Shown piece by piece: positions 18,520 to 28,810 of a DNA stretch of 64,000 nucleotides. The notes under the pieces were generated by a model. The model made no database searches and was not told the DNA's origin. It worked only from the letters and a program-made list of their open reading frames with translations. The position numbers and the translations under genes are program-made. Origin of the DNA: Bacillota bacterium (GTDB lineage: Bacteria; Bacillota; Clostridia; RUG12999); the NCBI GenBank assembly GCA_030705675.1, contig JAUZPZ010000001.1, positions 364 through 64,363 of the forward strand. Reading direction: 5' to 3'. Numbering within the stretch: position 1 is the first letter of the stretch; every line of letters starts with the position of its first letter.

Positions 18520-18946
18520 TGTTTTGCTTCACCTCCGTTTGTAATTGTTTCATTTTGGGATATTCCTTTTCTGTAATATTTGTTTCCTGCATAAATTCCA
18601 GTTCGAAATATGCAGTCAATGCACTTTTATCGGTATCAAACACCATTTCATCGGTTGAGAGAAACCTATCGCAAACAGGAACACTTTCATATAGAAAAAA
18701 CTGTTTCATTTGTTCTGATATCCGAAGTAGCTCCTCACGGGTCTCAATTTCCGGGTGGTAGGTAATCTCCACACTTACTGTGACCATTTCATAAAACTTG
18801 CCTTGGAGTTGTGCAGAAACAGGAAGAACATCTATAAAGAATGTAGGTTTATTAAAGCCTTGTGTTACCTCGTTTGCAGTAACCGTATATCCGTTTTTTA
18901 TAAGCTTTGCGGCAACTGCCGTCTGAATATCCTGCAGCGTAATCAT
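18488..18946 (-). CDS. Tail completion / neck protein (hypothetical, XkdJ position)
   Basis: 152 aa between the gp10-like and sheath genes. Confidence 0.5.
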   Translation of the reverse strand: MITLQDIQTAVAAKLIKNGYTVTANEVTQGFNKPTFFIDVLPVSAQLQGKFYEMVTVSVEITYHPEIETREELLRISEQMKQFFLYESVPVCDRFLSTDEMVFDTDKSALTAYFELEFMQETNITEKEYPKMKQLQTEVKQNNGTATDHYSV

Positions 18947-19410
18947 AGCTCCACCTCGCTTGTTAAGTCGCTAAGCAGTTTTTCTGCGGAACTTTCAAAG
19001 CTGCTCTCCATTTCTTTCATTGTATTTTCTAGCATTTTCCGACCTTCGACCCTGCCTTTGGATTGTACTCGTCGAACTGCACGTTCCAGCGTATTAAGCT
19101 TCCTGCCGTTTTTTCTGGTGCTGCCGCCGTGGACGATTTCATGGCCTTGTTCTACAAGATGAGCATGAGGTGCTTCGGACTGCACACGCACCACACGGGC
19201 GGTTCCGAACTTTTTCGGTTTTTTCAGCCGCCAGCTGCCCCTTAGTTTTTTAGTCTTACCCACAGGAGATCTGGATTTTGTCTTATTTGTTGCAACACGC
19301 CCGAGCGACATCAGCATAGCGTCCGTTTTATCAGGATATTTCTGTTCGATTTTATTAAAAGCTTTTTGTAGTTCATTGAAACCAAAGGTGCCGTCGTCAC
19401 TCATTTTCAT
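18943..19410 (-). CDS. HK97 gp10-family tail-completion protein
   Basis: Start taken at MKMSDDGTFGF (ATG at 19410 or 19404), overlapping the upstream stop; the ORF maximum is 19482. Confidence 0.6.
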   Translation of the reverse strand: MKMSDDGTFGFNELQKAFNKIEQKYPDKTDAMLMSLGRVATNKTKSRSPVGKTKKLRGSWRLKKPKKFGTARVVRVQSEAPHAHLVEQGHEIVHGGSTRKNGRKLNTLERAVRRVQSKGRVEGRKMLENTMKEMESSFESSAEKLLSDLTSEVEL

Positions 19411-19885
19411 CACCCGTATAGTCTTGGGAGGTATGCGTATCTTTTTGAATTGCAACAATCTGTAGTTCCTCATGTCGCTCATTTAAATCAAGTGCCGATA
19501 CAATTTCAAACTCCTTGTTGTCATACAGAATCCGCATTTCAGGGGTGATATTGTGGAAGAACCGAGTGGATATTTTGTATGTCGTTTCCGTGCGGAGCTT
19601 TTGCGATTCCTCATACTCACGCCCGCTCATTGGTGACACAAATCCGGCAACCGAATATTCCTTCAAAGCAAGCTTATGTGCAAATGGTTTGCCATCCGCA
19701 TATACAAGAACTGCATTTCCGTCCGAATCATGCGACAGATAAACATCCTCTCCCTGAACCTGTAGTGGAAGAGGTAGATACGGTTTGAACGGCTTATACC
19801 TCGGTACCGTTTCACCCATATTGTTGGTGACATTATCCGTCGGATTCAGAAAAATAATCCTGTGCCTTAATTTACTGAAATCCAT
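19397..19885 (-). CDS. Head-tail adaptor / head closure protein
   Basis: MDFSKLRHRIIF...NNMGETV N-terminus typical of head-tail joining proteins; synteny. Confidence 0.7.
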   Translation of the reverse strand: MDFSKLRHRIIFLNPTDNVTNNMGETVPRYKPFKPYLPLPLQVQGEDVYLSHDSDGNAVLVYADGKPFAHKLALKEYSVAGFVSPMSGREYEESQKLRTETTYKISTRFFHNITPEMRILYDNKEFEIVSALDLNERHEELQIVAIQKDTHTSQDYTGDENE

Positions 19886-20142
19886 TAAAACAACTCCTTC
19901 CGGTAAGCATCCAGGAGCCGGTACACCACATCGGGCACCGGCTCTCCGTCACGCTTTTCATAAAAGTGTGCAATAATTAAAAACATCGCCTGTCGAACGC
20001 TCTCTGGTAGGGTTTCCGGCAGTGGCAGCCGAAGGTAATTTTCGCACATCTCCTTTGCCAAGAGGATGAGTATATTTATATACCCATCCTCCTCAGTGTG
20101 GTCTATCCTTAAAAATTCCTTAACAGTATCAAGCGTCAGCAT
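19885..20142 (-). CDS. Head-tail connector (gp6-like)
   Basis: Start at MLTLDTVKEFLRIDHTEEDGYI, a typical gp6-like N-terminus, 4 nt after the upstream stop. Confidence 0.7.
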   Translation of the reverse strand: MLTLDTVKEFLRIDHTEEDGYINILILLAKEMCENYLRLPLPETLPESVRQAMFLIIAHFYEKRDGEPVPDVVYRLLDAYRKELF

Positions 20143-20146
20143 AGCC

Positions 20147-20584
20147 TTACACCGAATAACGGGGCTGCGACTGAATGGCATATATTGCGCCAGGCACAGT
20201 CGAGCTTGTAACCGCCGTTGTTTTAATTGCCACTCTGTCATATTCGCCATTTGCAAGCATAGGCGAGGTTACTGTAATAACGGCGTATTTGCTTGCCCCC
20301 GAAGCGCCACCTATGCCGAAGGCTGCACCGGTCGCAGCTTTCTCGACATAATTGGCGTCGCCCTTTTCCATATACATAAAGGGTATTGCTACGGCAGTTC
20401 CGCTCGCGCCCGCTTTTGCCTCAACCGTGATGGTAGTGCTTCCGGCCGTGCCTTCGCCGCTTTCGATTAAAAATGTGATTTGCTGGTAGTTGGATAACTC
20501 AATAAACGTATCCTTGTTTGCGCTCGCAAAAATTGCGCCAGGCACTGCTATCGGTGATAATTTTCCTAACTGTTCAATTCTCAT
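20147..20584 (-). CDS. Hypothetical head-associated protein
   Basis: 145 aa Ala/Gly/Thr-rich ORF between the capsid and connector genes. Confidence 0.5.
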   Translation of the reverse strand: MRIEQLGKLSPIAVPGAIFASANKDTFIELSNYQQITFLIESGEGTAGSTTITVEAKAGASGTAVAIPFMYMEKGDANYVEKAATGAAFGIGGASGASKYAVITVTSPMLANGEYDRVAIKTTAVTSSTVPGAIYAIQSQPRYSV

Positions 20585-20599
20585 TTTCTATTCCTCCCA

Positions 20600-21883
20600 T
20601 CAAGACCTTGCTGCCAGCGTTACAAACGGTGACAAGCTGTTTGAACCTTTGTACGGTGTAACTGGTTTATTCCATATCGGCTGACCATCCACACGATATA
20701 TGAATCTGAATACACTCTCATCGTACAGGAATCTGACATGGATGGAGCTTGCGGTATTGATGCCGCCTTTGTCAATCAGAAGGTACTGTGACATATCGCC
20801 CAAAATTATATCACCGACTGTGCCTATGCTACTGCACTGCTCAAGCGGCACGATGGGACGCCCAAAAAGTGTGGCATACGGTTTTTCGGATAAACCGCCC
20901 GCCGGGATGTATACCGGTTTGTCTCCGACCTGGAGAGTATATAAAAGCGGTTCCAACTCCTGATTAATATACCACACAGCGTTCGCTCTGCTGCGCCCCC
21001 AGCATCTTGACCACATATTAACAAGGTTTTCAACCTTGATTTTATCGGTCTGGCCGCTTTCAATCGGTACGGATACGAGTGCCGAGGAATTCAGAATACC
21101 CTGCGGCTGACCCGCGCCGTTGCCGTTTAAGATTGCATCGTCAATCTTAAAGCCGAACTCCTCTGCGAACCCTTGTGTGATAACACTCTGAAGTGCCGAC
21201 GCGTCCTGCAGAAGCTCATCCGTTGCAAAACAAAGACCGGTCAGCTTTTTCAGCGACAAATCCATTGTTCTGAACTTGGGCTTTGAGCCGGTTAACTGAT
21301 CGGCTTCATTTTCCCAGTAGGTCTGGATGCCGCCCCATCTTGCGCCGTTTGCGCGGGACGTATCGTCAAGAGCGTTTATTTTCAGCCCGTTCGCATTGGT
21401 GGAGATTGGTATCTTTTTGCATATCGGGGCAAGGATACCGGTTTCGTAAGCATTTTTTAAAAGTTCGCTTGCAAAATCCGTCTGCACCAGAAAGCCTCCG
21501 TCGGAAGGCACGCTTTCATTTGCTCCGCTGGCGGAGTTCATCAACCTTTCGTCAAATATGGGTCTGTTTGGCTGAGCCGCGTTATAAACCGCCAAAAGCT
21601 GATCGCCAAAGTTATTAAATTTACCCAAGTTGCCGGACGTAGGAGTATCACTCCGGTTTACAGGTACATCGACCGGCGTGGAGTCCTCGAGCAGATTAGC
21701 CATTTCGGAAATGGTATCATCCCAATTGGCGATCTTGGACTTCAAATCGGCAAGTGAAGTTTTTTCCTCATCGGTCAGCGGTCTGCTTTCCTTCCCGGCA
21801 GTGTCAAGTAGTGCCTGCGCTTGGTTTTTAAATTCGTTTCTTTTGCCCATCATGGCAAGTAATTTTTTGTTCATAAGATTCAT
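20600..21883 (-). CDS. Major capsid protein, HK97 family
   Basis: 427 aa with an N-terminal coiled-coil delta-like region; follows a ClpP-like prohead protease. Confidence 0.85.
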   Translation of the reverse strand: MNLMNKKLLAMMGKRNEFKNQAQALLDTAGKESRPLTDEEKTSLADLKSKIANWDDTISEMANLLEDSTPVDVPVNRSDTPTSGNLGKFNNFGDQLLAVYNAAQPNRPIFDERLMNSASGANESVPSDGGFLVQTDFASELLKNAYETGILAPICKKIPISTNANGLKINALDDTSRANGARWGGIQTYWENEADQLTGSKPKFRTMDLSLKKLTGLCFATDELLQDASALQSVITQGFAEEFGFKIDDAILNGNGAGQPQGILNSSALVSVPIESGQTDKIKVENLVNMWSRCWGRSRANAVWYINQELEPLLYTLQVGDKPVYIPAGGLSEKPYATLFGRPIVPLEQCSSIGTVGDIILGDMSQYLLIDKGGINTASSIHVRFLYDESVFRFIYRVDGQPIWNKPVTPYKGSNSLSPFVTLAARS

Positions 21884-21892
21884 CCTCCAATT

Positions 21893-22639
21893 TTAAAGAA
21901 TTTCAAACTCGTTTTTTAGGTTTTCAATCTCGCGGATATACGCCTTGTCCTCAGGCTCGGGCGGAGTATCAGGAGAAGGTGGTTGTTCCTTTATGCCCTT
22001 TGGGAGTTTTGCGACCAGGGAATTAAAGACGGTTTTTCTGCCAAATAAATAAGAGTCCAAAACAGTTTCTGTTTCAGGCTCCTTGTCAGTGTATAGGATT
22101 TTATCGGCAAAGCCGAGTTCGACGGCTTTTCTGGCGTTCATCCAAGTTTCATCCGTCATTAGCCGCGATATCTTCGCCCTTGAAATCCCTGTTTTAAGGG
22201 AATAGGCGTTTATGATGCTTTCTTTGCATTCATTTAAAACATCAATGCACTGCCGCATATCATCTGCGTTTCCCATTGCGATGGTCATAGGGTCGTGGAT
22301 CATAAGCAGGCTTGTGGGTGACATATATACGAAATCACCCGCCATTGCTATAACCGATGCTGCGCTTGCCGCAATACCGTCAATCTTAACCGTTACCTGT
22401 CCTTTATGTTCCTTTAGTGATGTATAAATCTGACTACCTGCCACCACATCGCCACCCGGCGAGTTGATCCATACAGTGATATCCTTTCCAGCATATCCCG
22501 CAAGGTCGCTCATAAAAAGCTTGGGAGTGACTTCGTCGCCCCACCAGCTTTCAGATGCAATCTCACCGTCAAGTCGCAAAATATTTTCTCCACTTTCCGT
22601 TTCGCTAAAGTTCCAAAATTTACGCATTGTTTTCTTCAC
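21893..22639 (-). CDS. Prohead protease, ClpP-like (S14)
   Basis: WINSPGGDVVAGSQIY...IDGIAASAASVIAMAGD motifs. Confidence 0.85.
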   Translation of the reverse strand: MKKTMRKFWNFSETESGENILRLDGEIASESWWGDEVTPKLFMSDLAGYAGKDITVWINSPGGDVVAGSQIYTSLKEHKGQVTVKIDGIAASAASVIAMAGDFVYMSPTSLLMIHDPMTIAMGNADDMRQCIDVLNECKESIINAYSLKTGISRAKISRLMTDETWMNARKAVELGFADKILYTDKEPETETVLDSYLFGRKTVFNSLVAKLPKGIKEQPPSPDTPPEPEDKAYIREIENLKNEFEIL

Positions 22640-23843
22640 CTCCGTTTTGTGACGCGCTGTTTGCCGTCACCATATTTCCATTTACCAAATATATGTCTCC
22701 GCCTTGATCCTCCGGTATTGGGTTCAAGTCTTCCAGTTCCCGGATGTCGTTTGCGGAATACCAGCCGTTTTGCCTTCCGACCGCGTAGCCATTCATCCGT
22801 GCGGCAAAATCACCGCGTAGAAGTCCATCTACATTGAACTTTGCAAAATAATCTCCACGCTCATATTCATTTAATAGACATAGATTAATGGCCTGTTCCC
22901 AACGAACGAGCCAAGGCCGGAGCGTGTGAACCACATAATCGATGCTCTGATGTTCGATGTTTGAGAAAGTACTTCTGGATAGGTCACCGACCAGATGCGG
23001 TGGCACACGGAATATTCTGCAGATTTCATTTAGCTGAAACTGTCTTGTTTCCAAGAACTGTGCATCCTTTTGCGGCATACCGATATCATGGTATTTCATG
23101 CCTTCCTCGAGGACTGCTATTTTATGAGCGTTGTTGGCACCCTTGTAAACTGCCTCCCATGACTCACGAACCTTGCTGGGGTCTTTTAAGGTGCCGGGAT
23201 GCTCTAAAACACCACCGGGCCTTGCGCCGTTGGCAAAGAATTTATTGCCGTAAACCTCGGTTGCTTTTGCGAGTCCAATTGCCTCCCTTGCAACACTGAT
23301 GGGAGACAATCCGCTGATTCCGTCAAAACCAATACCGCCGATATGCAGAAGCTGTTTCTTTTTCAAGGTGAAGGTTTCGCCTTTATCGTTGGTATAGGTG
23401 TAAACCCGTTCGTAGTTTTGGTTTTTAGTAACGAGCATACGAGAGGACAAAAGCGGGTGCAGGCTTAAAATCTGCCCATGTTTATCTCGGATAATCTGCG
23501 CATATGCGTTGCCCCAAAGCAAAAGGTTTGTCATCATTGCCTCTTTAAAAGCAAAAGCCGTCATCTCCTCGTTCGGGCTATCGTGAATCAGATAGTATAG
23601 CGGGTGGTCGACAGCTTTTTCCTTGCCGCGGGAAAGCCGTTTATATAAAGGAAGGGGCAGGCTTGCAATATCTTCTGCGATTACCCTGACACAGGCAAAC
23701 ACACCACTTACTGTTATGGAATTTTCCTCCGACACATACATTCCGGAAAGGGAATTGGTATCGGCATCTACGCCTTTAACGAAATCATCATAAGAACTTG
23801 TCGTCTCATTTCTAATTATTTTGTTTTTATTAAACCATTTCAA
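22620..23843 (-). CDS. Portal protein, HK97 family
   Basis: 407 aa between the terminase and protease genes; sequence character typical of the Phage_portal family. Confidence 0.8.
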   Translation of the reverse strand: MKWFNKNKIIRNETTSSYDDFVKGVDADTNSLSGMYVSEENSITVSGVFACVRVIAEDIASLPLPLYKRLSRGKEKAVDHPLYYLIHDSPNEEMTAFAFKEAMMTNLLLWGNAYAQIIRDKHGQILSLHPLLSSRMLVTKNQNYERVYTYTNDKGETFTLKKKQLLHIGGIGFDGISGLSPISVAREAIGLAKATEVYGNKFFANGARPGGVLEHPGTLKDPSKVRESWEAVYKGANNAHKIAVLEEGMKYHDIGMPQKDAQFLETRQFQLNEICRIFRVPPHLVGDLSRSTFSNIEHQSIDYVVHTLRPWLVRWEQAINLCLLNEYERGDYFAKFNVDGLLRGDFAARMNGYAVGRQNGWYSANDIRELEDLNPIPEDQGGDIYLVNGNMVTANSASQNGGEENNA

Positions 23844-23858
23844 AATTCCACCTCCGGT

Positions 23859-25631
23859 CTAAATAATGAGGAGTCCGCGGTCATCATAAACACTGCCGCC
23901 GGTATCTGTGCCGCACCGAATTGCACGGTCTAAAGCCATAATAGTGGCTACGGCACCATCGATTTTCTCGGTCGATTTTTCTTTGTCTGCCTTAATGTTT
24001 CCGGCAGGATCGGTGCGGATGTAGATATTATCCATCATCCAGCGTAGAACCGGATGACCGCCGTGGGCAAGCTTTTCTTCAAGCGTAAGTTTCATCAGTT
24101 CCTTAGTTGGTGGTGACATATCTTTGAATCCCTGGCCGAAAGGAACAACAGAAAAGCCGAGGTTCTCAAGATTCTGTGTCATCTGAACTGCGCCCCAGCG
24201 GTCGAAGGCAATCTCACGGATGTTATATTTTTCTCCGAGTTCCTCTATGAACCTTTCTATGAATCCGTAATGAACGACATTACCCTCGGTGGTTTGCAGA
24301 TACCCTTGCTTTTTCCAAGTATCATAATTTACATGGTCTCTGCGCACACGCAAATCAATGTTGTCCTCCGGTATCCAAAAGAATGGAAGTACCACATACT
24401 TGTCTTCGTCGTCCAGTGGCGGAAACACCAGTACGAAAGCTGTTATATCCGTACTGCTTGAAAGGTCAAGCCCTCCGTAACAGACACGCCCTTGCAAGGC
24501 TTCAGGGTCAACCGTAAAAGCGCAGGCGTCCCATTTCTCCATCGGCATCCAGCGTACAGCCTGTTTTACCCACTGGTTCAGGCGAAGTTGTCTGAAGCTG
24601 TTCTCCTCAGCTGGGTTTTGTTTTGCTGATTCACAAGCGGCTTTAACCTTATCTATACCAACTGTTATTCCAAGCGAGGGATTGGCTTTTTTCCATACCT
24701 TAGGATCTGTCCAATCATCCTCTTGAGCAGCACCAAATATAATAGGATAAAATGTTGGGTCATTTTTTCTACCTTCTATAATATCAAGCGCCTTTTGATG
24801 AACCTCCCAGCAGATGCTGTTTTGATTGTTTCCGGCGGTCGTAATTAAAAAATACAGCGGCTGCATTCTCGCATCGCCACTGCCTTGGAGCATAACATCG
24901 TACAGTTTCCTGTTCGGCTGGGTGTGCAGCTCATCAAAGATAACACCGTGGGTGTTGAAGCCATGTTTGTTTGCAACATCCGCTGACAGCGCCTTGTATT
25001 TACTGCCTGTCGGAACATAGTTCATAGTTTTCAAGCTTGCCTGTATGCTCATTTTATTAAACAGATGAGGACAGCGTTTGACCATATCCATTGCCACATC
25101 GAATACGATACGCGCCTGGTCTTTATCCGCAGCACAGCCATAGACCTCGGCGCCTGGTTCAAAGTCCGCGCAGAGAAGATACAGCGCAACAGCCGCCGCG
25201 AGTTCACTTTTTCCTTGCTTTTTCGGTATCTCAATATATGCCGTGTTGAACTGCCGGTATCCGTTAGGTTTAAGGATTCCGAATATATCCCTTATAATCT
25301 GTTCCTGCCAGTCGATAAGCTCAAAAGGCTTGCCGTCCCATGTACCTTTGGTATGGCAACAGAAGTTTTCAATAAAACACACGGCGTGGTCGGCGGCATC
25401 TTTGTCATAATGACTGTCTTCAGCCATAAACCGTGTGGGATGGTATTTTTTAAGTTTTCTCAGGGTTGCCGCCTCCTTCCGTGTAAAATAAAAGACACCC
25501 TCGATAGGTGCCGTACTACGAGCAAAAGAGCCGTCCGGCTCTGATGCTATTAATCTGTTGTATATTAGTCCTCGATTCTGCGGCAGGAATCCTCGCCGTA
25601 GACCACGTTCAGACCGCAGCCGTTGTCCCAT
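23859..25631 (-). CDS. terL: Terminase large subunit
   Basis: KGTWDGKPFELIDWQEQII, P-loop-like IPKKQGKSELAA and a C-terminal nuclease region. Start is uncertain: ATG at 25631 overlaps the upstream gene by 67 nt. Alternatives are CTG at 25463 behind AAGGAGG, or ATG at 25427. Confidence 0.85.
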   Translation of the reverse strand: MGQRLRSERGLRRGFLPQNRGLIYNRLIASEPDGSFARSTAPIEGVFYFTRKEAATLRKLKKYHPTRFMAEDSHYDKDAADHAVCFIENFCCHTKGTWDGKPFELIDWQEQIIRDIFGILKPNGYRQFNTAYIEIPKKQGKSELAAAVALYLLCADFEPGAEVYGCAADKDQARIVFDVAMDMVKRCPHLFNKMSIQASLKTMNYVPTGSKYKALSADVANKHGFNTHGVIFDELHTQPNRKLYDVMLQGSGDARMQPLYFLITTAGNNQNSICWEVHQKALDIIEGRKNDPTFYPIIFGAAQEDDWTDPKVWKKANPSLGITVGIDKVKAACESAKQNPAEENSFRQLRLNQWVKQAVRWMPMEKWDACAFTVDPEALQGRVCYGGLDLSSSTDITAFVLVFPPLDDEDKYVVLPFFWIPEDNIDLRVRRDHVNYDTWKKQGYLQTTEGNVVHYGFIERFIEELGEKYNIREIAFDRWGAVQMTQNLENLGFSVVPFGQGFKDMSPPTKELMKLTLEEKLAHGGHPVLRWMMDNIYIRTDPAGNIKADKEKSTEKIDGAVATIMALDRAIRCGTDTGGSVYDDRGLLII

Positions 25632-25789
25632 TTCACCATGATGCTCGCTGTGTCATCCACCCCGATGACAGTGCCTTTGGTACCGATGGGTGGAGCCTGC
25701 ACGTCGTCCATGCGAATAAGCTCTACACGGCAACCCTTAGGATACTGCCTGCGAACCATCTCAACTATTTCTTTACTCGGGAATTGCAT
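25565..25789 (-). CDS. DUF4314-like small protein
   Basis: ATG at 25789 is 8 nt after AGGAGG; GTKGTVIGVDDTASIMVKWDNGCGLNVVYGED pattern. Confidence 0.65.
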   Translation of the reverse strand: MQFPSKEIVEMVRRQYPKGCRVELIRMDDVQAPPIGTKGTVIGVDDTASIMVKWDNGCGLNVVYGEDSCRRIED

Positions 25790-26489
25790 CTTTCGCACCT
25801 CCTTTGAAAGCGGAGGACCCGGTCAGATTCCGCAGTAAGATTTTTCGCTCCTTTTTATACACCTCGCCGATGAAGCCGAGGCGAAGCAGAAAACAGCGGA
25901 AAGCGTATTTTTCGTTATCGACTTCTTTTTCGGTGGCGTTGACCCGCTTCTGATTCTTACTCATAGCACACAGTGCGCTGATGAATTGGCTGTAGGTGCT
26001 GACCTCGTCTGGGTCTGGCATGGTATCAAACCAGGGGAAGGATACCATATCCTCGTTGACCTCTATAGGTGTTGCCGGGATGCCGAGTGCTTTGCTGATG
26101 AGACTGCTTTTGGCGTCAAGCAGCTTTATGAGGTTTCCGACCGATACCTTGTCAAGCGGAAGGGTTATAATGAGTCCCGTTTCATTGCCGCTGTCGGCGC
26201 GCTGTTCGCCCGTGTCGGTGCTATTTCCCTCCGTTGTGGTGTTTTTCGAGGGTTCAAGCTCAAAGCCCTGTTCGGCAAGCCGTGCCACAAGGTTTTCAAT
26301 TTCCTCGCTGTCGGCTCTATCATCGAAGCTGACCGCACCGCTCTTGTCAATGGTGAAGTAGTCCACCTGGTATGCCGCTGACGGCATTCCGAGGTATTTC
26401 GCTTCGGCTCCGGTGATATCGCTGATTGCACCTACGAGCCTTTTTCGTTCCGTACCGCTCACGTTAAATCTGAATGTGAATGTCGCCAT
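25773..26489 (-). CDS. Hypothetical phage cargo protein
   Basis: 238 aa from MATFTFRFNVSG, AAGGAGG RBS; acidic central linker; function unknown. Confidence 0.6.
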   Translation of the reverse strand: MATFTFRFNVSGTERKRLVGAISDITGAEAKYLGMPSAAYQVDYFTIDKSGAVSFDDRADSEEIENLVARLAEQGFELEPSKNTTTEGNSTDTGEQRADSGNETGLIITLPLDKVSVGNLIKLLDAKSSLISKALGIPATPIEVNEDMVSFPWFDTMPDPDEVSTYSQFISALCAMSKNQKRVNATEKEVDNEKYAFRCFLLRLGFIGEVYKKERKILLRNLTGSSAFKGGAKDAIPE

Positions 26490-26575
26490 GTATAATTCCT
26501 CCTTCAATTTGGTAGTGTAATATTACCGTCAGTGTTCGGAAATATCAAGTCATTTCCGCGAAATATATTACACAA

Positions 26576-28810
26576 TTATTCGGAGGTTTTACTGCCATCA
26601 TTACGGGCAGACCACACAATACCGGAAAGTAGGAAGTATACGCAAGGAAGAGCGATTCCATTGCCCCACATCTTATATTCCGCAGCGTCGGAGTACGGGT
26701 TTTTCAGCCACGCAAGTATCTGTTTCTGCGATTTCGGTTTTGAGGAGGTTCCGCAAATAAGCCTGTGGGTCTCAAACACATCCGTCCAGAATGCAATCTC
26801 CCCGTATGTGGGAGTTGCCGTTCCGAGGTCTGCGCACCACCAGTCAGGGAATCCCTGCAGTCTGGCGCATTCAGTTGGGGTAAGGCGGCGGACGGTGTAT
26901 TCCGGCTCGGCTTTCGCAACGGCTCCGGGCCCTTTGGCCACGAGGGTAGGCTGAAGTTCCTCCTCGACAGAAGGTTTGTACTGAGCGTTTTGTCCCTGGT
27001 TGAAAGCATCTCTGCCGATACCGTAGGCGGGTTCCGCGATAAATGTGGGGTCCTTATAATCCCGTGCCAGAAGCGTGGGAGACTGCTCCTCGCCAATATT
27101 GGCGAAGGAACCGGTGGTCATGGCGTAAACCGCATGGCGGTCAGCGGTGTTTAATGTAAAGGAAATGTCCTCGTTTACACCATCACCCTGCGGACCGTTT
27201 TCGTCTTTGCGTCCGATCATCGAACCCTGCAGCACATAGGTTTGCTGCTTTGTCGCCGCTCTGCAGAGTGCACCGCTCTTATCACCGAGGATACGGACTT
27301 CGTCACGCTGGTTCTGCGTAAACGGGATACCTTCCACCACGGCGATACCTCCCTGATTGCAGGTGGGGTTGCCACCATTGCCGTCAAGGCAGCGGGAGGA
27401 GTCGGCTTTATAAAAACCGCTGTGCGGATTATCCGATTTCATTGAGTTGGAGTCTTTGGAGCAGATGCCGTAAGCCTCAACCACGCAGTTGAAGTTATCC
27501 TTATCCGGCATCCGCTGATTACCACCGGCATTGTTCGCGGTGAGTGTGGGAGACACATCACCGCCGTCCCAGGCTTTTGGCTCGAAAAGCGTCTGGTCAT
27601 TGTTGCAGGAAAGTGTAGCTGACCTATCCTCCTGAATCAGAGCGCCTTTGCCGCCGCCTTCGCAGCCACAGCGTATCTTCATAAGGAGCGGTACGTTGTT
27701 GCCACCCGTTCCCATGCGTGATGTCAGCGTCTGAACCTTATTATCATCAGATATTCTGATACGGCTGTCGGTAGGATGGTTTTCAAGTGCGACTGCCGCA
27801 GGGACAACACCCGCGCGGAGCGTGGGAGACATCTCTTCCTCAAAACCTATCGACCGTGCCTTTGCCGAGTGCTCGGTACAGAAGCCCGCCGATTCCATAA
27901 CGCATGGAGGATGATGTGCTTCCGCACGGAGCGTACTGGTCACATCATGAGTCACATCCATACGGTCTCCGCCCTGGTCATTGAGCACGACGCCGTTTCT
28001 TCCAGTACTCATGCCGCAGTTGATGCCGAGGGTGGCGGCTTTATCTTCAGTCAGACTGCCGTTATATCCGTCAAAACCGATGCCTGTCTTGTCAGCGCCG
28101 TTTTCAGCACGGCGGGCAGTTCCTTGCCACGCACGGAAGCTCTCCGCAGAATACCCTGACAAGCCTTCGGACTCAAATAGTATTTGTCCGGCACTCCGGC
28201 CTGCAAAATCCGCGACAAGGAAGATACGTTTTCTTCGCTGGGGAACTCCCCAAAACTGCGCATCGAGAACTCTCCACGCGACGGAGAAATGATCTCCCAG
28301 GATTTCACCTGCGGATTCCCACTTTTTAAATTCAGGAACATCGCAGGTTTCGTCTTTGATTTTGCAGATAGAATCGAGGACTGCTTTGAAGTCTTCTCCT
28401 TTATTTGAAGAGAAGGCTCCGGGGACATTCTCCCAGCAGATCCATCTCGGATATTTTCCATCGGTTGCACACCTCATTTCCTTTACGATTCGGACGGCTT
28501 CATAGAAAAGATTGGAGCGGCTGCCGTCCAGTCCCGCTCTCTTACCGGCAACGGACATATCCTGACAGGGACTGCCGAAGGTGATAATGTCAACCGGCTC
28601 GATTTCGCCGCCGTTCATCTTGCTTACATCACCATAGTGCTTAATAAACGGCAGGCGCTTGGTGGTAACTCTTATGGGAAAAGGCTCAACCTCCGATGCC
28701 CATACCGGCTGGATACCGGAAAGAAGTCCTCCCAAAGGGAAACCCCCGGAGCCGTCAAAAAGGCTGCCGAGGGTAAGTCCGCTTGCGGACATAGGCTTAT
28801 TCTGTTCCAT
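26576..28810 (-). CDS. DNA (cytosine-5) methyltransferase with a ~450 aa variable region
   Basis: Motif I LFDGSGG, motif IV GSPCQDMS, WENVPG, QRRKR, C-terminal RRLTPTECARLQGFPDWW and WGNGIALP. Ten xxTLxA-type repeats lie between motifs VIII and IX. Confidence 0.85.
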   Translation of the reverse strand: MEQNKPMSASGLTLGSLFDGSGGFPLGGLLSGIQPVWASEVEPFPIRVTTKRLPFIKHYGDVSKMNGGEIEPVDIITFGSPCQDMSVAGKRAGLDGSRSNLFYEAVRIVKEMRCATDGKYPRWICWENVPGAFSSNKGEDFKAVLDSICKIKDETCDVPEFKKWESAGEILGDHFSVAWRVLDAQFWGVPQRRKRIFLVADFAGRSAGQILFESEGLSGYSAESFRAWQGTARRAENGADKTGIGFDGYNGSLTEDKAATLGINCGMSTGRNGVVLNDQGGDRMDVTHDVTSTLRAEAHHPPCVMESAGFCTEHSAKARSIGFEEEMSPTLRAGVVPAAVALENHPTDSRIRISDDNKVQTLTSRMGTGGNNVPLLMKIRCGCEGGGKGALIQEDRSATLSCNNDQTLFEPKAWDGGDVSPTLTANNAGGNQRMPDKDNFNCVVEAYGICSKDSNSMKSDNPHSGFYKADSSRCLDGNGGNPTCNQGGIAVVEGIPFTQNQRDEVRILGDKSGALCRAATKQQTYVLQGSMIGRKDENGPQGDGVNEDISFTLNTADRHAVYAMTTGSFANIGEEQSPTLLARDYKDPTFIAEPAYGIGRDAFNQGQNAQYKPSVEEELQPTLVAKGPGAVAKAEPEYTVRRLTPTECARLQGFPDWWCADLGTATPTYGEIAFWTDVFETHRLICGTSSKPKSQKQILAWLKNPYSDAAEYKMWGNGIALPCVYFLLSGIVWSARNDGSKTSE

